From contig CACXFC010000242.1 in NCBI GenBank assembly GCA_902766835.1, forward strand, positions 7,132-71,131: a stretch of DNA of 64,000 nucleotides, written 5' to 3'. The stretch comes from an uncultured Coriobacteriaceae bacterium. Its GTDB lineage: Bacteria > Actinomycetota > Coriobacteriia > Coriobacteriales > Atopobiaceae. Position numbers and translations under genes: made by a program. Below are positions 29,176 to 40,892 of this stretch, piece by piece (the first letter of the stretch is position 1; every line of letters begins with the position of its first letter). The notes under the pieces were generated by a model. That model was not told the DNA's origin, made no database searches, and saw only the letters and a list, made by a program, of their open reading frames with translations.

Positions 29176-29326
29176 CCTAACCCCCCTAGTTGCGGGAGAA
29201 AGGTCCATCAGAGGGGTTCAACGTGGCTTTGAAGCTGAAACCGGGGCCCCATGTGCATACTGCATGCTGTTTCGTCATTTCCGTGCTGGCACACTCTTGT
29301 CTAGGTTACGACAGAAGGAGGCTGGC

Positions 29327-30226
29327 ATGGACAAACGACTTGCAATCGACGTGGGAGGAAGCTCCATTAAGTACGCATTGGTGGGGGAGGGACACCTAAT
29401 CCTCGAACAGGGGAAGGTTCCCGCACCGCGCGAGGTCAAAGAGGAGTTCATCGAGGCAATCGGTCAGCTCTATGACCGTTACGCGCTGCAGATTAGCGGC
29501 ATGGGCGTCTCGATGGCTGGTAAGGTGAACCCCCACACCGGCTACGTGGTCTCGGCAGGGAGCTTCCCCTTCTTCACGGGCACCAATATGGTCGAGGCTC
29601 TGTACGAACGCTGCCCAACGCACATTACCGTAGACAATGATGCTCGCTGCGCCGCACTGGCAGAGCTTTATTACGGATCTCTGACCGAGGCAAACAACGC
29701 ATTAGTCATCGTGCTGGGTACCGGTATTGGCGGTGCTGTGGCCATCAATCGGCAGCTACTCGATGGCGCACGCTACTGCGCTGCCGAGCTGTCGTTCCTG
29801 CGCGTAAGCGGCAACGAGGATACTTCCGACTGTTGGTTGTGGCGTGGCGGAGCACAGGGGCTGTGCCTGATGGCAAAGCAAGCCCTGGGTGTCGAAGATG
29901 ATGTCGACGGCTTCAAGGTCTTTGAATTGGCTGATGCCGGCGACGAGCGTATCCTCAATATGCTCGATGAATATGCGCGCATAGCTGCCGTGCAGATTTA
30001 TAACCTGCAGTGCCTGCTCGATGTGGAAGCGGTAGCCATTGGTGGCGGCATCTCTGCGCGCGAGGACCTCATCGACCGCATTCGCACCAAGCTTCAAGCC
30101 ATATATGATGCCGAGGCGGCATATCAGATTCCGCCGGCGATGCCGCGTGTGGTAGCCTGCCAGTTCCGCAATGATGCCAACCTCATTGGCGCATGGCATG
30201 ACAACGTGAGTAGGGTCTTGCCGTAG
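29327..30226 (+). CDS. ROK-family protein (sugar kinase-like)
   Basis: ATG at 29327 follows GAAGGAGG. LAIDVGGSSIKYALV, DNDARCAALAE, LGTGIGGAV. Confidence 0.8.
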   Translation: MDKRLAIDVGGSSIKYALVGEGHLILEQGKVPAPREVKEEFIEAIGQLYDRYALQISGMGVSMAGKVNPHTGYVVSAGSFPFFTGTNMVEALYERCPTHITVDNDARCAALAELYYGSLTEANNALVIVLGTGIGGAVAINRQLLDGARYCAAELSFLRVSGNEDTSDCWLWRGGAQGLCLMAKQALGVEDDVDGFKVFELADAGDERILNMLDEYARIAAVQIYNLQCLLDVEAVAIGGGISAREDLIDRIRTKLQAIYDAEAAYQIPPAMPRVVACQFRNDANLIGAWHDNVSRVLP

Positions 30227-30246
30227 GCAACCTTGGCGCCAATGGC

Positions 30247-30544
30247 ATGTTCACGGGCATGATTCAGACTCCCCTTGTGTGCAGGTTTTGTCCTGGCACC
30301 GCTTGCCAGCTACGTGATCTTCTATGTGCTGACGGCTATCGGCTTCTGCCCTGTGATGTACATCAACGTGCCGTGGACCACACCCATCATCCTTTCGGGC
30401 TTCCTGGCCTCGGGTGGCAACATCATGGGTTTGGTTACCCAGCTCATCTGCCTGGCAGCCGCTGTGCTCATTTACATCCCCTGCGTGAGGGTACACGTGG
30501 CCAACCAGAACAACAATGACGCCAAAGAGGAACAGGCTGCATAA
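30247..30544 (+). pseudogene. C-terminal remnant of a cellobiose-type PTS EIIC
   Basis: MFTGMIQTPL (frame of 30247), then after a frame change ..AGFVLAPLASYVIFYVLTAIGFCPVMYINVPWTTPIILSGFLASGGN.. . This parallels the C-terminus of the intact EIIC at 26726-28033. The first ~330 aa are missing. Confidence 0.6.
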
Positions 30545-30611
30545 GGTGGCAGCGTAGAGAGCCTTCCCTTCCTGTGGCACGCCGCCAGAGTTCTGGTGGC
30601 GTGCCGTTTGA

Positions 30612-32162
<1,551 letters not shown>

Positions 32163-32180
32163 CCTGCTGCCGTCATAGGA

Positions 32181-32278
32181 CAAACTACTCACAATTTGGA
32201 ATGTTGTGAGTAGTTTGGCTACAAAATGCCTGTTGAAATTGAGAAGCTACTCACAACGTACAAGGTTGTGAGTAGTTT
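32181..32278. repeat. twin hairpins with ACTACTCACAA arms
   Basis: CAAACTACTCACAA (32181-32194) pairs with TTGTGAGTAGTTTG (32204-32217). AAGCTACTCACAAC (32244-32257) pairs with GTTGTGAGTAGTTT (32265-32278). Between convergent genes. Confidence 0.75.
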
Positions 32279-32386
32279 CTCGGCATGGCTGAGATGCCCC
32301 AAGACAGCGGATGTCAAATTCTACTGCGCCATAAGAAGGGCGTGCAGCTTGCCGCGGCGGATGCGGAGCGAACTGTCCGGAGAAGC

Positions 32387-33217
32387 TTATGCACCGTGGA
32401 GCTTGAGCTGCTTCAGCAGCTGCTTGGCCATCTCGTCAAAGCCCGAACCTGTGATGACGCCCGACACGATGCCGCCAACTATTGGTATGGCTTTGCCTGC
32501 CACTTGTCCGCCAAGGCGCTTTGCCATGCGCATGGTGAGGTCGTCCGAGATCCTGCGCAGGTCATCTGCCAATGCCTGTTCGGTGAAGACCGTGCGCAGC
32601 GTCTGGTCGCTCGCGCCAGCCGCACGCAGACGCGCTAGGCGGGCCAACACGGCATTTGCCTGCTCGTTGCCAGCCATCACGCCCAACATGACTACCAGTG
32701 CACCGCTGGCCGCGCGGTCGGGCACGCCAGCTTCGATATGCGCAAGGTCGCGCCACCCATAGAGGTAGGTGAGCTTCTGAATGGCGCGGATGAGGTAGCC
32801 ATAGAACTGCACAAGGTCGGCGGGGATGGTCACGGCGCCCGCAACGCCGCCGGGGATTCCTGCGGCAAACGAGAGGGCCGTGGTACGCCGGCCATCCTTG
32901 CCTAGCGACTTCTTGGCAATCTTCTCAATCTGGCGGTCTGTGAGTCCGGCCTTTGCGGGAGTGGTCTGGCAGGCTGCGTGCACAATGACGGGGGCAAACT
33001 TGCCGCGGAGCACCTCGGTGAGGAAGTCTGCGCGATTCACGCTGGTTCCGGGGAGGCGGATGGCCTGCGCTATGACCTCGTCAAAGGACGGAAGCTTCTG
33101 CTGAAACTCACGAAGCGTCTCGAGATAGGCGTCGCCAGCCCCATCGAGGGCAGTCTTGGTGGCATCTGCTACCTGGGAGAACAGGTCGTCCTGTGGCTTT
33201 TGCGGGCTATCGCTCAT
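32387..33217 (-). CDS. EcsC-family protein
   Basis: ATG at 33217 follows GAGAGGAG. GIPGGVAGAVTIPADLVQFYGYLIRAIQKLTYLYG resembles EcsC family proteins. Called from memory. Confidence 0.55.
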   Translation of the reverse strand: MSDSPQKPQDDLFSQVADATKTALDGAGDAYLETLREFQQKLPSFDEVIAQAIRLPGTSVNRADFLTEVLRGKFAPVIVHAACQTTPAKAGLTDRQIEKIAKKSLGKDGRRTTALSFAAGIPGGVAGAVTIPADLVQFYGYLIRAIQKLTYLYGWRDLAHIEAGVPDRAASGALVVMLGVMAGNEQANAVLARLARLRAAGASDQTLRTVFTEQALADDLRRISDDLTMRMAKRLGGQVAGKAIPIVGGIVSGVITGSGFDEMAKQLLKQLKLHGA

Positions 33218-33228
33218 GGCAGCTCCTC

Positions 33229-34083
33229 TCACGCGCTGTGCATGAAGGCAGGAAGGGTGTCGATGCCGGTCTCTTGCGTGATGCGTGCGGCTTCGGCAAT
33301 CTGCTCAAGTGCGATGGCCACGCCGTCGTCGGCAGAGGCGCCTATGTGCCAGCGAGCTGCGGCGGTTGCCTCGGGCGTGGCATTTGCCACGGCGCACGAG
33401 TGCGTTACGTGCGCGAACATGGCAAGGTCGTTCGAGGCATCACCGAAGACGCAGATTTCGTCTGAGGTAAGCCCAAGCTCCTGCTCGAGTACCTCGATGC
33501 CGCGAACCTTGCTCCATCCGTGGGGGATGACGTCAAACCACTGGGGCGCCGTATTGGGAAAGTCGAGCTCAGGGCAGGCGTCAGCGAGCTCAGCCTGCAA
33601 TGCTAGCTCGTCCTCGCGTGGAAGCATCGCCACGACGCCCGCCTTAACCACGGGGTAGGAGGGGAGCGTCTTGTGGCGGACCGACCCGTTGTGCATGGCG
33701 TTGAAGGTGAAGTCGCCCAGGTTTTCGGGGTCGTCTCCTACCCAGTCACAGGCGCCGTCTGGGCGATAGATCAGGAGTGCACAGTGCGCTCTGGCGTGCA
33801 GGAGCTCTTCGGCGTGCCGCAGGGCACCTTCGTTGAGCGTAACTTCGCGTAGGAGCTTCCCGCGCAGGTAGACTTGCTGACCGTTGACGAGCACCGCCGT
33901 CTGATAAGCTGCATCGTCATGCAGAAAGCCTGCTGCCTCGGCAAGGCTGCGCCCGCTGGCGGGGCCAAAGGCCACTCCGGTGTCCAGACAGGCATGGATG
34001 GCCTTGAGGGTGCGCTCGGAAGCGTTTGTCTGACCGAAGGGGATGAGCGTGTTGTCCATGTCCGCGAGAACGAGCTTAATCAT
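33229..34083 (-). CDS. Cof-type HAD-IIB phosphatase
   Basis: VLADMDNTLI (DxD), GPASGRS, FGDASNDLAMF. Confidence 0.8.
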   Translation of the reverse strand: MIKLVLADMDNTLIPFGQTNASERTLKAIHACLDTGVAFGPASGRSLAEAAGFLHDDAAYQTAVLVNGQQVYLRGKLLREVTLNEGALRHAEELLHARAHCALLIYRPDGACDWVGDDPENLGDFTFNAMHNGSVRHKTLPSYPVVKAGVVAMLPREDELALQAELADACPELDFPNTAPQWFDVIPHGWSKVRGIEVLEQELGLTSDEICVFGDASNDLAMFAHVTHSCAVANATPEATAAARWHIGASADDGVAIALEQIAEAARITQETGIDTLPAFMHSA

Positions 34084-34173
34084 GCAGTGACCCTAACGCT
34101 GTCAGTGGATACCTCTCGTATTGTGCCCGAAGTTTTACGCAGGATATCTTCCTACAGTTGGATTCTTGCGGCC

Positions 34174-34995
34174 CTACGCAAAAAAGCGCTCGATGACTTC
34201 TGCGACGCCGTCGTGGTCGTTGTCTGACACCACAAGGTCGGCAGCTCGCTTTACCTCTGGCGTCGCATTGCCCATGGCAACGGCCAGCCCTGCCACGCGC
34301 AAGGCATCAAGGTCGTTGGGCGCGTCGCCCACGGCCACGCATTCGGCAAGCGAGCAGCCGACATGGGCGCAAAGGCGCTCGAGCCCCATGGCCTTGGTGA
34401 CGCCGGCGGGTGTTATCTCGAGCGAGGTCTCCTCCGCGTAGGTGAGCTGTGCTCCCAACGAGCCAAGCCGCTCGCGTGAGCGTTCGCGCGATGCTCCCGA
34501 GGTGTGGTATAGGTTGATCTTGCAGATCTCGCCCGCAGGGGCATCCACAAACTGGCCTATGTCATCGACGATGGTGCAGAGCTCACGGAACATGGGCTGG
34601 TACACGCCCATGCCCACCTCACCCATACGTGCGACGTCGCGCTTAGCGGCGGCGGTTGTTGCAGTGGTGAGGACGTGGACCATCGCGTCCTCCCTGCGCC
34701 CTTGGGCGATGATGGCCTGCACGGTATTGGCGTCGAGTGGCTCGGCGGCAATGGTCGTGTTGCAGCTAAGGTCATAGACGTGCCCGCCGCTCAAAAGCGA
34801 GGCGTATCGCACGGCACCTGCCAGCTGTGGCCTGAACTCGGCCAGCTCGTTGACAGCGCGTCCCGTGCAGAGTGCGATGGCGGCGCCACCTTTGGCGGCG
34901 GCTTTTATGGCCTGCAGCGTGCGGGGCAGGATGTGCTTGCTCGATGAGAGCATGGTTCCGTCCATGTCCAATGCCAACAGCTTGTACGTGCCCAT
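34174..34995 (-). CDS. Cof-type HAD-IIB phosphatase
   Basis: ATG at 34995 follows GGGAGG. LLALDMDGTML, LCTGRA, VGDAPNDLDAL. Confidence 0.8.
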   Translation of the reverse strand: MGTYKLLALDMDGTMLSSSKHILPRTLQAIKAAAKGGAAIALCTGRAVNELAEFRPQLAGAVRYASLLSGGHVYDLSCNTTIAAEPLDANTVQAIIAQGRREDAMVHVLTTATTAAAKRDVARMGEVGMGVYQPMFRELCTIVDDIGQFVDAPAGEICKINLYHTSGASRERSRERLGSLGAQLTYAEETSLEITPAGVTKAMGLERLCAHVGCSLAECVAVGDAPNDLDALRVAGLAVAMGNATPEVKRAADLVVSDNDHDGVAEVIERFFA

Positions 34996-35128
34996 GCGGC
35001 CTCCCAACTTCGTCGTGAGCGTAACTGTACCCGACTGGTGTGTGGCATATGTTGGGACGTATGCGCGCCAGTGCTGCTGGCCAATCCTGAGGGTGTAAGG
35101 TTTTAGGCGGGGGAACGAGAGGAGTAAC

Positions 35129-36280
35129 ATGAGATATCGCAGACTTGGCCGTACCGACCTTCAGGTTTCAGAGATTGGCTTCGGCGGCGAGTGGCTCGAC
35201 CGCATGAGCGCGCAGGAGGCGCACGACATTACGGTTCGTGCAGCAGAGCTGGGCGTCAACATCGTCGACTGCTGGATGAGCGACCCTGAGGTGCGTACCA
35301 GGCTGGGAGATGCGTGCGCCCAGAATCCTGGTCACTGGATTGTGCAGGGCCACATTGGATCCACCTGGCAGAATGGCCAGTATGTGCGCACGCGCGACGT
35401 GGAGAAGTGCAAGGTGGCCTTCGACGACCTGCTGACCCGCTTTCACACCGACCACGTCGAGCTGGGCATGATGCACTACATCGACGACCTGGAAGAGCTC
35501 AAGCGCTGCCTTGAGGGGCCGTACCGCGACTATGTGGAGCAGCTCAAGGCCGAGGGCACCATTCGGCACATTGGCATGTCCACGCACAGCGCCGTATGCG
35601 GAAGCTATGCCGTTGAGCAGGGTGCTGTGGAGATGATGCTCTTCTCCATCAATCCCGCCTACGACATGCAGCCGGGATCGTATGACATCAACACGCTGAC
35701 GAGTGCTGCCGATGCCGAGTTTGCAGGCTTTGACCCCGATCGTCTGGAGCTCTATCGCGCCTGCGAGCGTGCGGACGTGGGCCTGACTGTGATGAAGGCC
35801 TTTGCGGGCGGCCGCCTGCTTGATGCAGATCGCAGTCCCTTCGGCGTGGCCATGACCCCCGCCATGTGTATCCACTATGCGCTCACGCGGCCAGCGGTGG
35901 GCAGCGTCATGTGCGGGTTTGGCAGCATCGCAGACCTTGAGGCGGATGCGGCCTATTGCGACGCCACGGAGGAGGAGCGCGACTACGCGAGCGTGCTCGC
36001 CACGGCTCCCCGCAACAACGCGAGCGGGCTCTGCACCTACTGCGGGCACTGCGCTCCGTGCCCCATGGGCATCAGCGTTGCCCAGGTCAACAAGTTCTAC
36101 GACCTGGCCGAGGTGCAGGTGGTCAAGGGTGGCGAGGTACCTCCGCTGGTGCGCGACCACTACCTGGCGCTGGAGCACCATGCGGACGAGTGCATTGGCT
36201 GCGGGGGCTGCGAGAGCCGCTGCCCGTTTGGCGTGGGCGTCATCGAGCGCATGGCAAAGACGGCGGAGCTGTTTGCCTAG
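35129..36280 (+). CDS. aldo/keto reductase with C-terminal 4Fe-4S domain
   Basis: MRYRRLGRTDLQVSEIGFGG. C-terminal CTYCGHCAPCPMG and CIGCGGCESRCPFG. Confidence 0.75.
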   Translation: MRYRRLGRTDLQVSEIGFGGEWLDRMSAQEAHDITVRAAELGVNIVDCWMSDPEVRTRLGDACAQNPGHWIVQGHIGSTWQNGQYVRTRDVEKCKVAFDDLLTRFHTDHVELGMMHYIDDLEELKRCLEGPYRDYVEQLKAEGTIRHIGMSTHSAVCGSYAVEQGAVEMMLFSINPAYDMQPGSYDINTLTSAADAEFAGFDPDRLELYRACERADVGLTVMKAFAGGRLLDADRSPFGVAMTPAMCIHYALTRPAVGSVMCGFGSIADLEADAAYCDATEEERDYASVLATAPRNNASGLCTYCGHCAPCPMGISVAQVNKFYDLAEVQVVKGGEVPPLVRDHYLALEHHADECIGCGGCESRCPFGVGVIERMAKTAELFA

Positions 36281-36322
36281 CGGCAAAAGAGGACACAGGA
36301 CCGCAAGAGGGGAGCGGCCGTC

Positions 36323-36796
36323 ATGGAATACACGTTTGGGAGGGCAAGCCTCAGCGACATAGCGCAGCTGGTGCAGTTGCGCATCGGGTATCTTACGGCA
36401 GACTTTGGCGCACTCAACCCTCAGCAGGAAGAGGCCTTGTGGCGCGAGCTTCCGGCCTATTTCGAGCTCCATCTGGACTTTGACCTGCTGGCGTTTGTCG
36501 CGCGTGACGAAGAGGGCACCATCGTCTGCTGCGCCTGGCTGCTGCTGGTGACCAAACCGCCAAGCCCGCGCTTCCCGCATGGCCAGACCGGCACGCTGTT
36601 CAACGTGTACACGCTGCCTGAGCATCGCAGGCGGGGCCTGGCAAGGAAGGTCATGCAGTACCTGATAGACACGGCGCGCGAGCTGAACCTCGATGTGATC
36701 GAGCTGCATGCCACCGAAGACGGCTATCCGCTCTATGCCAGCCTGGGCTTTGCGGACGACAGCACAACGCACAAGGCCATGCGCCTCATGCTGTAG
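36323..36796 (+). CDS. GNAT-family N-acetyltransferase
   Basis: LFNVYTLPEHRRRGLARKVM is the acetyl-CoA binding motif A (RRxGxA). Confidence 0.75.
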   Translation: MEYTFGRASLSDIAQLVQLRIGYLTADFGALNPQQEEALWRELPAYFELHLDFDLLAFVARDEEGTIVCCAWLLLVTKPPSPRFPHGQTGTLFNVYTLPEHRRRGLARKVMQYLIDTARELNLDVIELHATEDGYPLYASLGFADDSTTHKAMRLML

Positions 36797-36866
36797 TGGT
36801 GTGCACAGGGGCAATGATGTGAACTTGTACGCTGGATTGCGCTGGCTGCCACTCCTCGGCAGCAGC

Positions 36867-36930
36867 GGCAATTAGGGGACACGCCCTTTTTTGCCCCGCG
36901 GGGCAAAAAAGGGCGTGTCCCCTAATTGCC
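36867..36930. repeat. perfect 64-bp palindrome (GGGACACGCCC family)
   Basis: GGCAATTAGGGGACACGCCCTTTTTTGCCCCG plus its exact reverse complement. Followed by CGTATACCACTG, as is the copy at 17296. Confidence 0.9.
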
Positions 36931-37080
36931 GCCCGTATACCACTGCACTTGACTTGTCTTTAGGAGCAGGGATGTCGCCCCTTTGAAATGGCCACAGCGC
37001 GCGTCAGTGCCAAAAGAGGGCCGACTGCCTGCGGGAATCCCGCGGGCAGCCGGCCCTTGCAAGCTGAATTGACAGGCCCG

Positions 37081-37554
37081 CTACTCCTCGGCGGCGGCGA
37101 GCTTCTGGGTCTTCTGGATCTCGTCGATCATGTCGATGCGCACCTGATGGCGACCGCCCTCGTACTCGGCACCGAGCCATGCGTCGACGATGTCCTTGGC
37201 GGTCTCGACGCCAATGACGCGCGCGCCGAAGGCAACGATGTTGGTGTTGTTGTGCTGGCGGGAGAGGCGAGCGGAGTAGGGCTCGGAGCATACGACGGCA
37301 CGGATGCCCTCGACCTTGTTGGCCGAGAGGCTGATGCCCACGCCGGTTCCGCAGATGAGGATGCCACCATCAACCTCACCGTCGGCAACCATGCGCGCAA
37401 CCTTGTAGCCGCTGATGGGGTAGTTGAAGCGCTCGGTACTGTCGGTTCCCACGTTGATGACCTCGATGCCCTTCTCCTGGACGTAGGCCATGATTTCGTT
37501 CTTCATGTCGACGGCGGTGTGGTCGTTGCCAATTGCGAGCTTCTTGAATGCCAT
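37081..37554 (-). CDS. rpiB: ribose-5-phosphate isomerase B (RpiB/LacAB family)
   Basis: ATG at 37554. LAIGNDHTAVDMKNEI, GILICGTGVGISLSANK, RQHNNTN. Confidence 0.85.
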   Translation of the reverse strand: MAFKKLAIGNDHTAVDMKNEIMAYVQEKGIEVINVGTDSTERFNYPISGYKVARMVADGEVDGGILICGTGVGISLSANKVEGIRAVVCSEPYSARLSRQHNNTNIVAFGARVIGVETAKDIVDAWLGAEYEGGRHQVRIDMIDEIQKTQKLAAAEE

Positions 37555-37630
37555 GATGGGTCCTTTCTGTTGGCGTGATACTAATGGTATCGCAGTCTGC
37601 GTGGCTGCGCTTGCTTTCTCGTGAGCTTGC

Positions 37631-38299
37631 TTACAGGGCGCGCAGGGCTGCCATGCTCTGCTCGTAGGGGCCATGGCCAAAGAGGCCGGCGGTGCCCAGT
37701 ACGAAGCCCTTGACACCCATGGCGCTTGCCTGCGCGATGCGCTCGGGGCTGCAGTTGCCGTCGACGACGACCTCGTAGTTGTTGCCGTCCTTGTGGCTTG
37801 CGTCAACAAGCTTCTGGAGCTTGGGGTTCACGAAGTCGATCCACTTCTGGCCGGCGAAGCCGGGGCTGACTGTCATGGCCAGCACATAGTCGCAGAGGGG
37901 AAGGACGTCCTCGACGGTGGCAAAGCTCGTACCCGGGTTGATGGCGATACCGGCCTTGACGCCCAGCTCCTTGATGGTGGCCAGCGTGCGGGCCACGTGG
38001 GTGTCTGCCTCGGGGTGCACGTAGATGACCTTGGCGCCGTACTCGGCGAACTTGGCAACGTAGCGCCCCGGGTCGGCCGCCATCATGTGAACGTCGCAGG
38101 GAACGGTGGCGTTCTTGCAGATCCACTCGATGTCCTGCAGGCCCATGCCGTAGTTGGGAACGAAGTTGCCGTCCATGAGGTCGAGGTGGAAGCCATCGGC
38201 GCCTGCGGCCTCAAGCGTGGCAACCTCATCACGCAGGCAGCCAAAGTCGGCACACATCATCGAGGGGAGGAGGAGCTTTTCGCTTGAGGTCGCACTCAT
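37631..38299 (-). CDS. ribulose-phosphate 3-epimerase family (allulose-6-P epimerase-like)
   Basis: PSMMCADFGCLRDEV, FHLDLMDGNFVPN, DVHMM, MTVSPGFAGQ. Confidence 0.8.
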   Translation of the reverse strand: MSATSSEKLLLPSMMCADFGCLRDEVATLEAAGADGFHLDLMDGNFVPNYGMGLQDIEWICKNATVPCDVHMMAADPGRYVAKFAEYGAKVIYVHPEADTHVARTLATIKELGVKAGIAINPGTSFATVEDVLPLCDYVLAMTVSPGFAGQKWIDFVNPKLQKLVDASHKDGNNYEVVVDGNCSPERIAQASAMGVKGFVLGTAGLFGHGPYEQSMAALRAL

Positions 38300-38334
38300 G
38301 GGGAGATCCTTTCTTTCTGGTTGCGCTGTTCTTT

Positions 38335-38519
38335 ACGTAACCGTTTAACTGAGTGCATAGTAAGCGCCTATCGCAGTGAATTAACCGATTACGTAACAGT
38401 TCATAAGATGTTCACAACTCAGAGTCAAACTTCTCATGCCTTCAGTCGAAAAACCAAAGGTAATGGCCGATATAAGCCGCTTATATGGGACTTTTTCACA
38501 GCATATAAACCGTTTACGT
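38335..38519. promoter_or_regulatory. three related ~14-16 nt boxes (candidate LacI-family operators)
   Basis: ACGTAACCGTTTAA (38335-38348), TTAACCGATTACGT (38381-38394, reverse complement ACGTAATCGGTTAA) and TAAACCGTTTACGT (38506-38519). All lie in the divergent spacer between the epimerase operon and the LacI gene. Confidence 0.45.
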
Positions 38520-38560
38520 GCTAGGATGCACACAGGCACTAGAGAGAAACGGATTGTCCC

Positions 38561-39583
38561 ATGGCTAAGCGAACGGTCTCCATCTATGACATAGCCAAGC
38601 TTGCTGGCGTGAGCACGGCAACGGTAAGTAACGTGCTCAACAACAAGGGCAGCTATTCCGAGAAGACCAAGGAGCTTGTGCTCAAGATTGCGCATGAACA
38701 GGGCTATGTGGCCAACTTTGCGGCCAAGAGCCTGCGTGAGGCCTCTACCAAGACCGTCGCCATCATCACGCCCGACGTGAGCAATGACTTCTTCTCCAAC
38801 CTTGTGTTGCAGGTTGAGGGGCACCTTCGTGAGGCGGGCTACTCGTCGTATATCTGCAACACTGCCAACGATCCGGAGCGAGAGTCCTCCTATGTGTTTG
38901 ACCTGCTCTCCAAGCAGGTGGATGGCATCGTCTTTATCGGTGGCACCGCGCGGGTGCCCATCGAGGCCCGCGTGGACGTTCCGGTTGTGCACATAGACCA
39001 CACGGGGCGCTCGGGCGTGCGGCGCGAGGTGTTCGTGGGCAACGACCTTCCGCGCCTGAGCTACGACATGACGGCCACGCTCTTTGGACACGGGTGCAAG
39101 CAGGTGGCGCTGGCAAGCGTCTCCGCCTCGCTCTATCGCACCGCCGAGCACGACCAGGCGGCAGGCTACTACAACTACCTCCAGGACCACGGCATTCGTC
39201 TGGACAAGAACCTTGTGCTGGAGGGCCCTTACAGGCAGACGAGCTTGGTGGAGGCAGAGCAGCTGGTTACGGAGTGCCTGGAGAGCGGCTATGCCTTCGA
39301 CGGCGTGGTGGCGCTGGGCGACCGCGTTGCCTTGGGCGTGGCCAATGCCCTCAAGAAGCATGGCGTCGACGTGGGTCGCGAGGTACGGGTCATTGGCATG
39401 GACGATTCCATCTATTCGCGCATCTCCACACCCGCCATCTCCACCGTCAACCGCCATACGTCAGAGATGGCGGAACGCGGCGTGCAGGCACTTCTGGCGT
39501 TGTTGCGCGGAGAAGAGCTTAATGAGAGCACCATCGTGATCGGCCACGAGGTGATTGAGCGTGCAACGACGCTGGGGGCATAA
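38561..39583 (+). CDS. LacI-family transcriptional regulator
   Basis: VSIYDIAKLAGVSTATVSNVLNNKG HTH plus a periplasmic-binding-like core. Confidence 0.88.
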   Translation: MAKRTVSIYDIAKLAGVSTATVSNVLNNKGSYSEKTKELVLKIAHEQGYVANFAAKSLREASTKTVAIITPDVSNDFFSNLVLQVEGHLREAGYSSYICNTANDPERESSYVFDLLSKQVDGIVFIGGTARVPIEARVDVPVVHIDHTGRSGVRREVFVGNDLPRLSYDMTATLFGHGCKQVALASVSASLYRTAEHDQAAGYYNYLQDHGIRLDKNLVLEGPYRQTSLVEAEQLVTECLESGYAFDGVVALGDRVALGVANALKKHGVDVGREVRVIGMDDSIYSRISTPAISTVNRHTSEMAERGVQALLALLRGEELNESTIVIGHEVIERATTLGA

Positions 39584-39745
39584 CTCGGTAGGTCAATCAG
39601 CGCCTGTGTTGGAACAAATCTTCGCGTTTCCCATAAGGTCTAGCGCTCTCATTGGAACCATTTTCCAGATTGATGGACGCCGAGTCGGCTGGCCTCACGC
39701 ATGAGGCACAATGCAGTTGAAGCAGTCGAGCGAGAGGAGCGTCTC

Positions 39746-40732
39746 ATGAAGGTTGGAATCGTCGGAACGGGTGCCATCGTGCGTTGGGTTGCTCCCAACA
39801 TGGCAAGCTGGGGAATTGAGGTCGTGGCCGTAGCCGGCACTCCCAACACGATGGATCAGGTCAACGAGCTGGCAGACGCCTATGGCGCCAGCGGCCGCTA
39901 CGGTGATTACCACGAGCTGGTAAACGATCCCGAAGTCGATACGGTCTATGTAGCCGTTCCCAACTTCCTGCACTTTGCCGTAAGCGAGGCGGCGCTGCGC
40001 GCGGGCAAAGACGTCGTCTGCGAAAAGCCCCTTGCCTCGAACTACCGCGAGGCGCAGAAGCTGGCCGAGATTGCTAAGGAGGAGGGGCGCTTCCTCTGGG
40101 AGGCAGTCGTGACCACGCGCCAGCCGAACTTCAAGCTGGTTCGCGACGAGCTTCTGCCCAAGATTGGCACCGTCAAGATGGTGACCGTCAACTACAGCCA
40201 GTATTCGAGCCGCTACGATGCCTTCCGTGCCGGCGAGGTGCTGCCCGCCTTCGATCCCGCCAAGTCCGGTGGCGCCATCATGGATCTTGGTCTGTACTGT
40301 CTCACCTATACCATCGGCCTGTTCGGCGAGCCCAAGGCGGCCACCTACCTGCCCAACATCGAGCGCGGTATCGACACGAGCGGCATTGCCCTGCTTGAGT
40401 ACGAGGGCTTCCGTGCTGTCAACATCTGCGCCAAGGACTGTGGCGCCCCCAGCGTCATGCAGGTTCAGGGAACCGATGGCTATATCGTCTCGAACTCGCA
40501 GCCCAACCAGTGCGGCGCAGTGACCTTGCACCTCAACGACGGTACCGAGGAGACCTACGATCGCAGTCTTCCGGTGATGTGGGAGGGTGAGTTCCGCGAG
40601 TTCCTGCGCCAGCAGCAGGCGGGCGACCTGGAAGAGTGCTACCGCCAGCTCGACGAGAGCCTTGTGGTGAGCCGCGTGCAGAACACCATTCGTTACGAGA
40701 GCGGCGTGGTGTTCCCGGCCGACGAGGCGTAA
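39746..40732 (+). CDS. Gfo/Idh/MocA-family oxidoreductase
   Basis: ATG at 39746 follows GAGAGGAG. MKVGIVGTGAIVRW Rossmann start and EKPLASN motif. Confidence 0.8.
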   Translation: MKVGIVGTGAIVRWVAPNMASWGIEVVAVAGTPNTMDQVNELADAYGASGRYGDYHELVNDPEVDTVYVAVPNFLHFAVSEAALRAGKDVVCEKPLASNYREAQKLAEIAKEEGRFLWEAVVTTRQPNFKLVRDELLPKIGTVKMVTVNYSQYSSRYDAFRAGEVLPAFDPAKSGGAIMDLGLYCLTYTIGLFGEPKAATYLPNIERGIDTSGIALLEYEGFRAVNICAKDCGAPSVMQVQGTDGYIVSNSQPNQCGAVTLHLNDGTEETYDRSLPVMWEGEFREFLRQQQAGDLEECYRQLDESLVVSRVQNTIRYESGVVFPADEA

Positions 40733-40805
40733 GCCATAGGCCGGGGGCACATCCCTACCTAAAGATGAGTCAAGGGCAAGACGTGCCACGGGCCTGCAGG
40801 AGCCC

Positions 40806-40892
40806 GCAAACAAGGGACACGCCCTTCTTTGCCGTGTCAGCCGGAGCCGCAGCCCGGTACGGAGGGCAAAGAAGGGCGTGTCCCTTGTTTGC
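40806..40892. repeat. GGGACACGCCC-family element with 31-nt loop
   Basis: GCAAACAAGGGACACGCCCTTCTTTGCC (40806-40833) pairs with GGCAAAGAAGGGCGTGTCCCTTGTTTGC (40865-40892). Confidence 0.8.
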
